A DNA stretch of 64,000 bases, from contig NW_026920828.1 in assembly GCF_032062105.1 (NCBI RefSeq), positions 620,001 through 684,000 on the forward strand, written 5' to 3'. Positions 1 to 12,597 of the stretch are shown here, one piece after another. Under the pieces are notes generated by a model, which did no database searches, was not told where the DNA came from, and worked only from the letters and a program-made list of their open reading frames with translations. Both the position numbers and the translations under genes were made by a program. This DNA comes from Saccostrea cucullata. Its lineage: Eukaryota. The first letter of the stretch is position 1. The number at the start of each line of letters is the position of its first letter.

Positions 1-340
1 TGGAAATATACAAGAGAAGTTTCTTCTGTTCTTTAAATAGACAAAGGAAGTTACTCTGGTTCTGTAAATAGACAAGGGAAGTTACTCCATTCTGGAGATA
101 GACAAAGGAAGTTACTCCATTCTGGAAATAGACAAAGGGAGTTACTTAAGTTCTGTAAATAGACAAGGGAAGTTACTTCAATTCTGTAAATAGACTAGGG
201 GAGTAACTTCAGTTCTGGAAATAGGCAAAGGGAGTTACGTAAGTTCTGTAAATAGACAAGGGAAGTTACTCCAGTTCTGGAAATAGACAAGGGGAGTTAC
301 TTCAGTTCTGTAAACAGACAAGGGAAGTTACTCCAAGTCT
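1..340 (-). repeat. ~30-31 bp minisatellite (~11 copies visible, runs off the window); unit contains a splice-acceptor-like motif on the - strand
   Basis: AAATAGACAAGGGAAGTTACT..GTTCTG recurs at ~35, 66, 126, 157 etc. The reverse complement reads ...cccttgtctatttccag|AACTG. Confidence 0.9.
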
Positions 341-384
341 ATATATAGGGAAATAATTTTGGCTCTGAAAAAAGACAAGATCTT

Positions 385-1375
385 TGACCTTGATTCCCCT
401 GGAGTACTATCCTTGTACATGGTTGATCTTGATTCCCCTGGAGTACTGACCTTGTATATGTTTGATCTTGATTCCCCTGGAGTACTGACCTTGTACATGT
501 TTGACCTTGATTCCCCTGGAGTACTGACCTTGTACATGTTTGACTTTGATTCCCCTGGAGTACTGACATTGTACATGTTTCACCTTGATTCCCCTGGAGT
601 ACTGACCTTGTACATGTTTGATCTTGATTCCCCTGGAGTACTGACCTTGTACATGTTTGACCTTGATTCCCCTGGAGTACTGACCTTGTACATGTTTGAC
701 CTTGATTTCCCTGGAGTACTGACCTTGTACATGTTTGACCTTGATTCCCCTGGAGTACTGACCTTGTTCATGTTTGACTTGATTTCCCTGATTCCCCTGG
801 AGTACTGACCTTGTACATGTTTGACCTAGATTCCCCTGGAGTACTGACCTTGTACATGTTTGACCTCGATTCCCATGGACTACTGACCTTGTACATGTTT
901 GACCTCGATTCCCCTGGAGTACTGACCTTGTACATGTTTGACCTTGATTCCCCTGGAGTACTGACCTTGTACATGTTTGACCTTGATTCCCCTGGAGAAC
1001 TGACCTTGTACATGTTTGACCCCTGGAGTACTGACCTTGTACATGTTTGATCTTGATTCCTCTGGAGTACTGACCTTGTACATGACCTTGATTCCCCTGG
1101 AGTACTGACCTTGTACATGTTTGACCTTGATTCCCCTGGAGTACTGACATTGTACATGTTTGACCTTGATTCCCCTGGAGTACTGACCTTGTATATGTTT
1201 GATCTTGATTCCCCTGGAGTACTGACCTTGTACAGGTTTGATCTTGATTCCCCTGGAGTACTGACCTTGTACTGTTTGACCTAGATTCCCCTGGAGTACT
1301 GACCTTGTACATGTTTGACCTCAATTCTCATGGACTACTGACCTTGTACATGTTTGATTTTGATTCCTCTGTGAC
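385..1375 (-). repeat. 39-bp minisatellite (~25 copies) made of a TTLL15 exon 3' end plus its splice donor
   Basis: Unit GACCTTGATTCCCCTGGAGTACTGACCTTGTACATGTTT. On the - strand it is AGGGGAATCAAGGTCAAACATGTACAAG|gtcagtactcc, matching the exon end AGAGGAATCAAAATCAAACATGTACAAG|gtcagt at 1343. Confidence 0.95.
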
Positions 1376-4300
1376 TGTTTCTCTTCTGGACCCACAATGT
1401 TTCTGGGTGCTCCTCTGCCTGCAAACAAGCTTTCATGATAATTCGTTCAAAATGCAACAATAACTTATTAAACTGACAGTCTTCTCACAGGACACAGTTA
1501 TAAAAGAGTCCATTGGCATTTGAATTACACACTGCATATCTGACTTGACTTTCACATATTGACCTTAAAAACTACACTTGTTCTTACATATTGTACATCT
1601 GACCTAATTAACTACATACTAACATATTGTATGTCTACTGACCTAATTAACTACACTCTGAATTACACTATACAGTTATTGACTTTTGATGAGGTCTACT
1701 CGTGACTATACAGACCTGGTCAGATATTGGTTGACAGAGGCCGAAGGCCGATGTTAACCAATACCTGACCAGGTGTGTATAGTCACAAGTAGACCGAATT
1801 CAAAAGTCAATAACAGTTTTATTAAATGATCAAGAATTTTACAACACTTTTGACACTTTCAATCTTGTCTCCATCAAATAAAAACACCCATAATATAATT
1901 GTCACAACTTATCTAATTAACAACTAGTAGTTAAAGATTGAAAACAATATTATTAAACAATAAATACTCAACCATTTACTTTCAAAAGCATTTAATCTCC
2001 TTGGTACTGGCGTCTGACATGTTTACATTCATACCGACACATGCTTTGAAACATGCAATCTGATTGGTCGAAAAAACCTGTAAGTAAATCTATGGTTGGT
2101 CAAGAGGGAAAACCCGAATAAACCTCATATGAGGTGAACTCACTCTGAGGTACATCTCAGGAAAAGGCGTCTCGACCAATCAGAGAGCACCAAAATTCCT
2201 GATCATTTAATAAATTGTATATCTGACTTAATTATGTACACTCTGACTTACTCATTGTATATCTGACCTAATTAATTATACCCTGACTTACTCATTGTAT
2301 ATCTTCTAATCATGTACACTCTGACTTACATATTGTAGAAATTTGTCCTTTTCCTTGGGAATCTTGAAGGCTCTGGGTATATAAGGATTGTTGGAGACAG
2401 CTAGACTGACTTTATTGGTAATGTATCCTGACCCTGGGAAATGATTTACCTGGGATCAGAAAATGTCATATAAAGTTAAAAAAAAATTCAAATCATACAT
2501 AAACCATAAATGTACATGTATATATGTAAAGAAATAAACATCTGAAGAAATGCACAAAATGTCATCCTCTTTTTTGTTGACTTTCTGATGAAAATTTTTA
2601 AGCATAAAGTTTTTTTGATTGTTTCCTAGATTTTGAATGTTTTGGGGAAAACACACCTTCTGATGAGGCTTGAGATCTGAGATTTTTCTGGCCAACTGTT
2701 CAAACGGATATTCATGTGACCAGAGTACATCAAATTCAGATTCACCATCACCAGTAACATATCCTATCCTCTCAAATACTGCAAACACATGCTTCAAGTA
2801 TCCGGACTCCAGCTGAAATACATAAAATACAACATATCCTATCCTCTCAAATACTGTAAACATGCAAACACATGCTTCATTTATCCAGACTTAAGATTTA
2901 CTAAATTAGATAACAAACAATATCCTCTCAATTACTGTAAGCACATGCCAGGGATATTTTATCCAAAATCTATCCAAGATATTCAAAGTACAACAATTTC
3001 TATCTCCCTAAATACTGGAAACACAAGCTTAAAATGATCAAATCCAAAATCTAACTGAAATAATTAAGAGAAGACTATAGCTATGATTATTTTTGACAAA
3101 CTATTGTACTAACTCTTTTGTGACAATGGAAATCCCCTTGTACCATTTTAAGCATTTGTTCGATGCACCTAGCTCTGCTGAAGAATAATATTCTAACAAC
3201 TTCTAGTTTTCATTATTCAAAATGTTTTTTTTTTAACTTTTCTTTAAACACACCATATTAATGCAAGGTGGTACGTTTTGATTTAACTACAAATTTTTTT
3301 CCTTAATAAATTAAAAACCATTGACTTTTACTGATCAAAGGAGATAAATAATCTGATCAGTATTTAAGATTTTAATATTTTTGATTCCTTAGACCTGATA
3401 CTGACCTAAATAAGACACCAATGCACAAAAACATTTTCCCCTGTTAAGTCACATGATATGTCACATGACCTACCTTTTTGCCCGCCACCCACACTACTGG
3501 CATCCTGACCGCATGTTTTCCTGTCCCTGCCTCCACCTGTGGCTGACTGACCTGTTGTAATGCCCCAGTTTCCCTCATTTTATGAAGCTCGTAGATATTC
3601 AGCAGAGTAAGAACTATCCCCAGTCCCAACACTACAATCACTAGTGAGAAGAAGCGACCGGGCTTCTTCATCTTAGGTTTGGGTTTTCCAAATGTTGGTA
3701 GAGAGCTGTCCTGGAAATCATGCAAGTTAATTAAATAATTTATAGAAAGAAAAACAAATTTAAGTTTAAAAACTTCGATTAACCTTAATTATACAAAAAA
3801 ATTAACAATTATTTAAATTTGTCTCAGATCTAATTTTGACATACCGGTAAATATGATATAATTACAAATCACAATTTTTCGACGTACATATAAACCTAGT
3901 CAAATACACATTACAATGTCTGATCAAAATATTCATTGCACATGTCATATCTTTGAAAGTAAATTACATCATTTATTTATTAGTATGTTAATGATATTAA
4001 CCTTGCGTCAAATCAAATAATAAAAGTGCATTTTAAAGGCTTAATACTTAATTATAAAATATGAATATAAAATTATGTACATCACAAAAAGATATTTTCA
4101 TTTAAAGTGCATGATCAATTTACTTTACCAAATCTCAATACAATTAAACCTCCCAATTATAGTGATTCCTAAACTGTCTCACTCTGCCAGCAGATCAAAA
4201 AATCTATAAACCACATTAAGATTTTGATTAGATGTAAAGAAGTAATTAAAAAAGGCAATCGTTTGTAATTGACGGGAAATAGATACAACAAGGTCAGAAA

Positions 4301-7300
4301 AACAATAGCCAGCCAACTAGGAATACTTGAAGACATGTGTCAGTCTTGTTAACATTCTCTTCAATTCACGCTTCTTCAAAAGTTTGAGCCCTGTAAGCAT
4401 GACAACAGGTCATATCTTATAACAATGTGGAACACGGTACATGTGCTACATAGGTTATGTTACCTTTCCTTAGCTTGTAAATAAAATAATAAAATTACAT
4501 AAACAATCAACTTTAATGCATTTAAAATTGGCCCAGGGATGACAGATTTCATAAAATTTAATTACATTTGTCCAATAATTATCTCCATTAACCTATGATT
4601 TTTTTTTTGTAACAGATTTAAATTGATCTTTGTGTTATTGAAGCAAATCCATGCTTTCTTGTGTCCATCTCTTTGTATAAATCTCCTTAAATTTAGATCT
4701 TAATGTTCCATTAGCATGAGAATGAGCAACTCAAAGAAATAATTCCATTCGAATGTAAATTGCATAAAATCAGTAGGCTTATATTAAAACCACTGATCAG
4801 GAAAGAGACAAATAGTGAGAATGGTAATAGGTCGACATTTATGAAATATAGATAATTAATATTTAAAATATTTAAATAAATAATTTTTTAAAAATCAGAA
4901 TAAAATAATAAATAATTAAAATATAATTACATTTATACTATTAATGTTAAATTAAGATATACATTCAGTGTATAGTTTTGGTGTTCTAATCAACATAATT
5001 ATGTATATGAGAATTTTATTTCAGACCAAGTGATGACAAGTACACAATGAACACCACCTAATTATATAAACCGCTGCATTTCATTTCCGGAAATATGCAT
5101 AGCATTTCCGACATTTTTTGTTTTCATTTCCGACATTTTTTGTTTTCATTTGCGACACAATTATTTTTTCATTTCCGGAATTTACCTGTGCGGCAATTGA
5201 ATGTTTTCTTAGTAAAAGAAAATGGAATTTCAAAAGTATTTATACCAAAATTTTAATATTTAAAAAAAAAAAAAAACAAACAAAAATCAGCTTTACATAT
5301 ATGCATACATGTAGCACTAAGTCTAGGTAAAAGAGTTCAGTGAGCATAAAACTTTTTCACCACATTAATTAAATGTCATTGACAGCACCATACTTATGTC
5401 CAAGTCACTGATAGATTTACAAAATTGGATTTCAATGATTTATTTATGATTTATTCCTTAAAATTTGTCATAAGTAAAATGATCAAATCTGTTACTATAG
5501 GTTCTACATATGTATTTTGAAATGTCGGAAATGAAAACAAAAAAATGTCGGAAATGAAAACTAAAAAATGTCGGAAATGAAAAGTTGATAATTACCAAAA
5601 ATTCCGGAAATGAAATGCAGCCATATAAACACAATCACAGACATTTATTGGTTTAGTGCACCTAAATAAATTCTGGGCACTGACCAAAGTACTGGAGGCA
5701 AAACATAAAGCTACAAGTTCTACATAGTTACTCAAGACATCCTATTCCTTAACTTTCTACCAGTTGGTGGTTTAGAAGAAAATTTTAACAAATTTTGTAA
5801 AATCAAATCTAAAAAAAAATCATAACCACTTCCACCTAAAAGATTGTGGACTTCATATAGAGCAAACTAAATACCCCCCCCCTTTTTTTTTTTTTACAAA
5901 CCATGTTATATCTTATTTGAATAATACAGGTAATTAAATCAAATTTGGGTGATTAGTCCTAAGATCCCAACCTGTTATCTCATTGCATTATTAGTCCCCT
6001 ACTTGTGAAACCAGAGGTGACTTTAGATTTCCTCTGCATCTATCTGTCCATCTGTCTGTCTCTCTGTCTGTTAGCCTGTCCCACTTTCCCAGGTCTATAC
6101 AGGTAGTTCTTACCTGTAACTTGTTATCTGAGGTCTATACAGGTAGTTCTTACCTGTATCTTGTTACCTGAGGTCTATACAGGAGTTCCTACCTGTAACT
6201 TGTTATCTGAGGTCTATACAGGTAGTTCTTAACTGTTAACTTGTTTTCTGAGGTCTATACAGGTAGTTCTTACCTGTAACTTGTTATCTGAGGTCTATAC
6301 AGGTAGTTCTTACCTGTAACTTGTTATCTAAGGTCTATACAGGTAGTTCTTACCTGTAACTTGTTATCTGAGGTCTATACAAATTAGTTTTTACCTGTAT
6401 CTTGTTGTCTGAGGTCTATACAGGTAGTTCTTACCTGTAACTTGTTATCTGAGGTCTATACAGGTAGTTCTTACCTGTAACTTGTTATCTAAGGTCTATA
6501 CAGGTAGTTCTTACCTGTAACTTGTTATCTGAGGTCTATACAAATTAGTTTTTACCTGTATCTTGTTGTCTGAGGTCTATACAGGTAGTTCTTACCTGTA
6601 ACTTGTTGTCTGAGGTCTATACAGGTAGTTCTTACCTGTAACTTGATATATGAGGTCTATACAGGTAGTTCTTACCTGTAACTTGACATATGAGGTCTAT
6701 ACAGGTAGTTCTTACCTGTAACTTGTTATGAGGTCTATACAGGTAGTTCTTACCTGTAACTTGTTATCTAAGGTCTATACAGGTAGTTCTTACCTGTAAC
6801 TTGTTGTCTGAGGTCTATACAGGTAGTTCTTAACTGTAATGTGTTATCTAAGGTCTATACAGATAGTTCTTACCTGTAACTTGTTATCTAAGGTCCATAC
6901 AGGTAGTTCTTACCTGTAACTTGTTATCTAAGGTCTATACAGGTAGTTCTTACCTGTAACTTGTTATCTGAGGTCTATACAGGTAGTTCTTACCTGTAAC
7001 TTGTTATCTAAGGTCTATACAAATTAGTTTTTACCTGTAACTTGTTATCTGAGGTCTATACAGGTAGTTCTTACCTGTAACTTGATATATGAGGTCTATA
7101 CAGGTAGTTCTTACCTGTATCTTGTTAATCTAAGGTCTATACAGATAGTTCTTACCTGTAACTTGATATATGAGGTCTATACAGGTAGTTCTTACCTGTA
7201 GCTTGTAACCTGAGGTCTATACAGATAGTTCTTACCTGTAACTTGTTTTCTGAGGTCTATACAGGTAGTTCTTACCTGTAACTTGTTTACTAAGGTCTAT

Positions 7301-7833
7301 ACAGGTAGTTCTTACTTGTAACTTGTTATCTAAGGTCCATACAGGTAGTTCTTACCTGTAACTTGTTATCTGAGGTCTATGCAAATTAGTTTTTACCTGT
7401 ATCTTGTTATCTGAGGTCTATACAGGTAGTTCTTACCTGTAACTTGTTGTCTAAGGTCTATACAGGTAGTTTTTACCTGTAACTTGTTATCTGAGGTCTA
7501 TACAGATAGTTCTTACCTGTAACTTGTTATCTAAGGTCCATACAGGTAGTTCTTACCTGTAACTTGTTATCTGAGGTCTATACAAATTAGTTTTTACCTG
7601 TATCTTGTTATCTGAGGTCTATACAGGTAGTTCTTACCTGTAACCTGTTGTCTGAGGTCTATACAGGTAGTCCTTACCTGTAACTTGTTATCTAAGGTCC
7701 ATACAGGTAGTTCTTACCTGTAACTTGATATATGAGGTCTATACAGGTAGTTCTTACCTGTAGCTTGTAACCTGAGGTCTATACAGGTAGTTCTTACCTG
7801 TAACTTGTGGTATGATGAGCCCAAGCTGTTCAT
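1343..7833 (-). CDS. TTLL15: TTLL15-like tubulin-tyrosine-ligase-family (ATP-grasp) protein, 5' part; gene continues past position 1
   Basis: In-frame GT-AG exons: 7798-7833 (MNSLGSSYHKLQ), 3474-3710 (DSSLPTFG..TM helix..VWVAGKK), 2657-2812 (LESGYLKHVFAVFERIGY..FDVLWSHEYPF..LKPHQK), 2330-2449 (VNHFPGSGYITNKVSL..IPRAFKIP..), 1343-1418 (AEEHPETLWVQKRNSHRGIKIK). These motifs are typical of the ttll-15 subfamily. Confidence 0.85.
1672..2214. mobile_element. Non-autonomous element with a ~140-bp hairpin (GGCCGAAGGCC apex) and internal inverted repeats; Crypton-like (tentative)
   Basis: 1675-1813 is a near-perfect palindrome. TTTATTAAATGATCA (~1818) is inverted to TGATCATTTAATAAA (~2200). Confidence 0.55.
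5072..5622. mobile_element. MITE with 8-bp TSD and subterminal TTTTCATTTCCGACA repeats
   Basis: TIRs GCTGCATTTCATTTCCGGA / TCCGGAAATGAAATGCAGC; TSD ATATAAAC at 5064-5071 and 5623-5630. Confidence 0.85.
6091..7808 (-). repeat. 40-bp minisatellite (~43 copies) containing the TTLL15 first-coding-exon end plus donor
   Basis: Unit AGGTCTATACAGGTAGTTCTTACCTGTAACTTGTTATCTG. The - strand ACAAGTTACAG|gtaagaactacc is identical to the real junction at 7798. Confidence 0.95.
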
Positions 7834-9636
7834 GTTTCTCTCTGCTGTATAGTATTGGGGTAGATTTCTACTATATGGTCCAGCAAGGACAGCTGATGAA
7901 CAGCTAACATTGGAGTTTATTTCAGACTACATCTTTACCTGTCAATATAAAGCTAATTAATGAAGTATCCCCCAACAACAGTTTAATTACAGAAACCTGT
8001 AATAAACTCAGTCCAATACAACATCTCAGATCAATAAAGTCTTAATCCTGGCTTCAACATTTATCAACTACCAACTAGATCTATATTAAATGGCTATGAA
8101 TTAAGATTTTTAATATATTATTTTGTATTTACATCCACTGAATATTTTCTCCTTTATTTCAATAAAATGTCTTTCTTTGTTTGAAAACCCATCGCGTTAA
8201 TCACTGATAACCTGCGTAAGCGGGTTATGTATCACTAAATGAACTACAGTCGGCATTTCGTTTCTTCAAAACTGAGCAAAATGTACACTGAATTTCAGTA
8301 TAATTATGAAATTTGATCAGAAATGGCTGTTCCAAATTTAAGAAAAGTGAAGTCAAAACGTATAAAAAAAATGTTGATCATGAAACACAATAATTAATCT
8401 TTTGATAAAGATACTTTAAATTCTTTATGATTATCTGCAAAGCACAGGGGAAGGATAGAAATATAGAACATAAAATGTGATCTATGTGCCTGGCCAATAT
8501 TCATGGTGGGGCATAAAAATCAGTGATTGCTTTATTCAGATGAAAGCAGTCCAGTCAATAACCTGTTAGTTTACTCAATGAAATTCATTTACATTCCAAC
8601 CAGAAGTAAATATATAATATACATGGTAAACAACATGTAACTGCTTCCTTATTAACTATGGATTACAATGAAAATCTAACCAAGAAAATAAACAAGTATC
8701 TTAATCACTGTATTTCTATATAAAAGGACTGTACATTTAAAATTTATTCCACAAATAATAAATTCATTTCAAATGGTTTCTTCAAAACTGAGCAAAATGC
8801 AAATTTAAGAATAGTCAAGGTAAAAAAAAATACACTGAAGCTTATTTCAGTATAATTATGAAATTTGATTAAAAATATCATGAAATGTGATTTCTTTAAA
8901 CTGAGCTGAGCACAAATTTAAGAAAAGTGAAGTCAAAGTCAAAGGGAAGGTAGAGGTAAAAAAAATGTTGATGCAGTTGAATAGCACTAATCAATAATAT
9001 ATCAGCAAATGTGACTTTTGATAAATGATATGCTTACATAGTAAATTCAGGTTTTAATTGATGCCTTTCCTCTGCCTGAATGCAAAGCAATGGAATATAT
9101 TCTTTTAAAAAAGGGGCAGAAGATGGTCATGACAAATTTTAAAGTGATCTATGTGAAAACTTTACATTGAGAAATCAATAATTCATTTGGTGAAAGGGCA
9201 TAAACTCATCTAATTATCAAAGTTCTTAAGTTCTTTATTCAGATGAAAGCATTCTTTCAGTCAATAACCTGTTAAAGTTTACTCAATGAAATTCATTTAC
9301 ATTTTACCACAAGGTCAATATATAATATAATGTGTAAACAACATGTAAACATGGCTTCTTATTAACTATGGATTACAATGAAAATGTAAAAATAGAATGT
9401 AATATAACATGTACTATTAATCACTGTATTTCCACTATATAAAAGGACTGTCTGATACATTTAAAATGTGTCATATATAAAATACAAATTGTACTAAAGG
9501 ACTTCTAATCAAAAACTTTGTATTCTGTCAGATTACATGAACTTGAGACATTAAATGATTATCAGAACTAAAGATTTTAATCTGATGACAAGAACAAATA
9601 AAGGAACAATGACACAGAATCTGTCTCGTTAATTAC

Positions 9637-11480
9637 CTGTGTTAATTATCTGAGGTTTGAGTCCCTGTCTTTATATTGAGGTTAAATAATGTCATCTCAT
9701 ACTGCTTGATTACTGAACTGCTCGCGGGATTACTTGATTATTGAATGGCCTGGTGGATACTTGTACAAGTACTGAATCCTGTTCTGATAAAGATAAATCA
9801 GTTTTATATCCTCAACACAGAATAACTATGTCAACATTGGTTTATAAGCTGTTTTCATATTCAGGTATGCTAAATTTCTATATAACTCTTTTAATCAATA
9901 CCACTGAGTGACTTTTGACAACTTAATGATGCATATCTTAGGTAAATTACAGGTTTTAATTAATGCCTTTCCTCTGCCTAGTTTTCCTCTTAACAATGGA
10001 ATATATTCTTTTAAAAAAAATATATTTTTTTTTTATACAACTGTATTTCAAATTTTAAAGAATGCATACATCTGTTTGGCACCAGAAAACTTTACATTGA
10101 GAAATCAATAATTCCATTTGGTGAAAGTATTGTATAAACTCATCTAATTATAACAAAGTTCTTAAGTTCTGGTGCTAAATTCTGTTTACTAGAAGCTGAT
10201 CATTCTTTCATGTTGTTGGGTCATGTTAAAGTTCTAGGTCAAGTGGAATATGTCAATCAGATTTTACCACAAGGTCATTATATGAGGCATTCATTAATGT
10301 GTCCGACAGGTAAACATGTAAACATGGCTTCATTAACCTATCACTTCTGTCAATCACATGTAAAAATAGAATGTAATATATGCATGTACTATTCAGGGAT
10401 AGATCTAAGAATTTCCACTGGGGAGGAGGTGGAAAATTTGTCTGATGCAGGGGCCCAGTATGTGTAGAGTGGGGAATGTGTACTATATAAAATACAAATT
10501 GTACTACAAGGACTTCACTAATCACAATTATTCTCATCTGTGTTACTGGACACTGGAACAAAAAGGAATGAATATTTTTACTGCAACTACTTAATTAAAT
10601 GTATTTACAAGTCTTGGTTCTCGATATGAAATTCTAAGATCAAAGCAATAGACAGGTGTACATAGTACATGCATCCAAAGACTTTTTCTACCTATGTAGC
10701 TACTTACAGCTATATACCTAATAGGTATTTAAACCTACTCCAGGTTGCTATTTTTACCTACTTTTTTCCTTTATTCATGTTATATGCATTTAGTGGCAAA
10801 ATGCAGAAATGGCACAATATGGTGAGTACCAATTTTCTTATAATACTGTCAGTGACAATGAATACAATAAAAATTTTGGCCAAAAAATATCACCAATAAA
10901 CCCAGTTTCATTTCCTGGAACTAATTAAAGGATCAAAACAAAGAATAAAATGTCCTGCAAATTTATATCAATTTTAAACGTTTTCTGCATGCATTCTCAG
11001 ACAAATTGTTGAGGATGAATTTTCAAACATTTTCCCTCCACGATCTCCTGAATTTTGCTGAGCAATTGCATAAAATATGATTAATCATTAAACAAAAAGA
11101 AAAGATGCCCCCTAGTTCTTAATTATTTTCTTTTGTCAGTCAGGTAAAAAAAAAGGTAGTAGAAAAAGCTACAAGCAGATTTCAATACCTGTATGTGCCT
11201 ACAAATGGACTGGACCAAATAAACATGATAAACAAAGTTTCAGTCTAATGAGTCTTACAGTTAACAATATTCATGCATTTCGTAAACATCAACAAGCCAT
11301 CGACTGATTGAGCATGTTGAGTGATTGACAGATTTAGTCACGTTTTATCGAACGTAACACTTACCTGTCCAACTCCTTTTATTCCTTCAAAGTTCATTAA
11401 ATAACCAAGTTCTAAATATTGCATCTAGCCTACTAAACATCCGTATCTCCCGGTGGTCATTTCGCAACCCCTCGGGCGCT
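9637..11480 (-). other. Putative 5'UTR exons of the TTLL15-like gene (9637-9783; first exon ending at a donor at 11365)
   Basis: CAG|gtaagt donor at 11365 next to a locally CpG-richer stretch. Exon 9637-9783 is bounded by tttatcag and CAG|gtaatt. The upstream limit is a guess. Confidence 0.35.
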
Positions 11481-11914
11481 GCACTTTTTTGTTTTACTCC
11501 ACAAAAGAGCTGTCAAATGATGATATCAACTTTTACTTTCTGAAGTTTTACAGGCGTGTAAGGGACCTTTTTGAAGTTGGTGTTAGGTAACAATATTTAA
11601 TTGTGTGTAGCTTAATTGTTAGAGACATATTTGTATATCAAAGAAAAAACATTCAGGTTGTGAAATACTGTACCATGTGTATTGGTTTCCCGAATTTCCT
11701 CTGGGATTGTCATTGCCATACCACATAGAGAAAGCATATACAGTAACAGGTTTTTACTTGCAGGGGTTATTATGAAAGCTGGCATTTCTGTTCTAAACGA
11801 CTTTGGTCAAATGAGAAAATGTTTCCATTTTAGTAAAATTTTGAACCTTTTATTTAGTTTTAAAAAGGTAAAGCCAAATTGTTGTTTTACAACTTTCTAA
11901 TGAAAGAAACTGTA

Positions 11915-12597
11915 CAGGTCTGGTACAATCACTAGATTTAGCTATGTAGTTTGATTTACCTACATAGCTTTATTTACCTACCTGAGGTAGCTTTATTTAG
12001 CTACCAAATCAATTGATTTCTATATAAAAGCATTTTTCTCAGGGTGTGCAGAAAATATCATTTTGATGCAGTGATCATTTTCAACTTTGAACTCATCTGA
12101 AAACAACTCATGAAAAAATCCCGCTCGAAGAAATGTCTTTCTCTGCGCAATTGCAATCAAAGTTCTGAAAGTTTTGGGGCTATGTATGACAGTTAGAACA
12201 GTTACTCCTTGAACGAAATGACAAAGAAATCCAGTTCCGGTTAACACGATAATAGGTCGGTAATTATTCAGCACAATGTGAAGTAATTATACTCAGTCAT
12301 GCCTCAATGCACACATGAGAGAAGACCGTTAACTAAACAATGGAATTACATGTTTTGCTCTAAATTGTCCAAATGCAGCAATGTATAAACTATCTCTGCT
12401 TTGGATTGTTTTTTTAAGTCTCCCTAGTATAAATATCAATAGTCATTAAATTGCGATTTTTTGTCTCTTTTTAATAAAAAGAAAAATTTTGAAAAAGTTA
12501 CATTGAAATAGCTAAATAAAGCTACCTGAGATAGGTAAATAAAGCTACATAGGCAATTTTACCTACATAGCTAAATCTAGTGATTGTACTGGACCTG
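11915..12597. mobile_element. MITE, CAG...CTG ends, 5-bp TSD (hAT5-like)
   Basis: TIR CAGGTCTGGTACAATCACTAGATTTAGCTATGTAG is mirrored at the right end; TSD CTGTA at 11910-11914 and 12598-12602. Confidence 0.85.

Noticed and set aside
328-1324. Several long repetitive ORFs on both strands
   Set aside because: They are by-products of the 39-bp (13-codon) intronic minisatellite; in-frame access from the real exon is blocked by a TAG.
6091-7808. CRISPR-like regular repeats (also 30955-32170 and 40340-42105)
   Set aside because: Head-to-tail units with no unique spacers, no cas genes, and a eukaryotic context.
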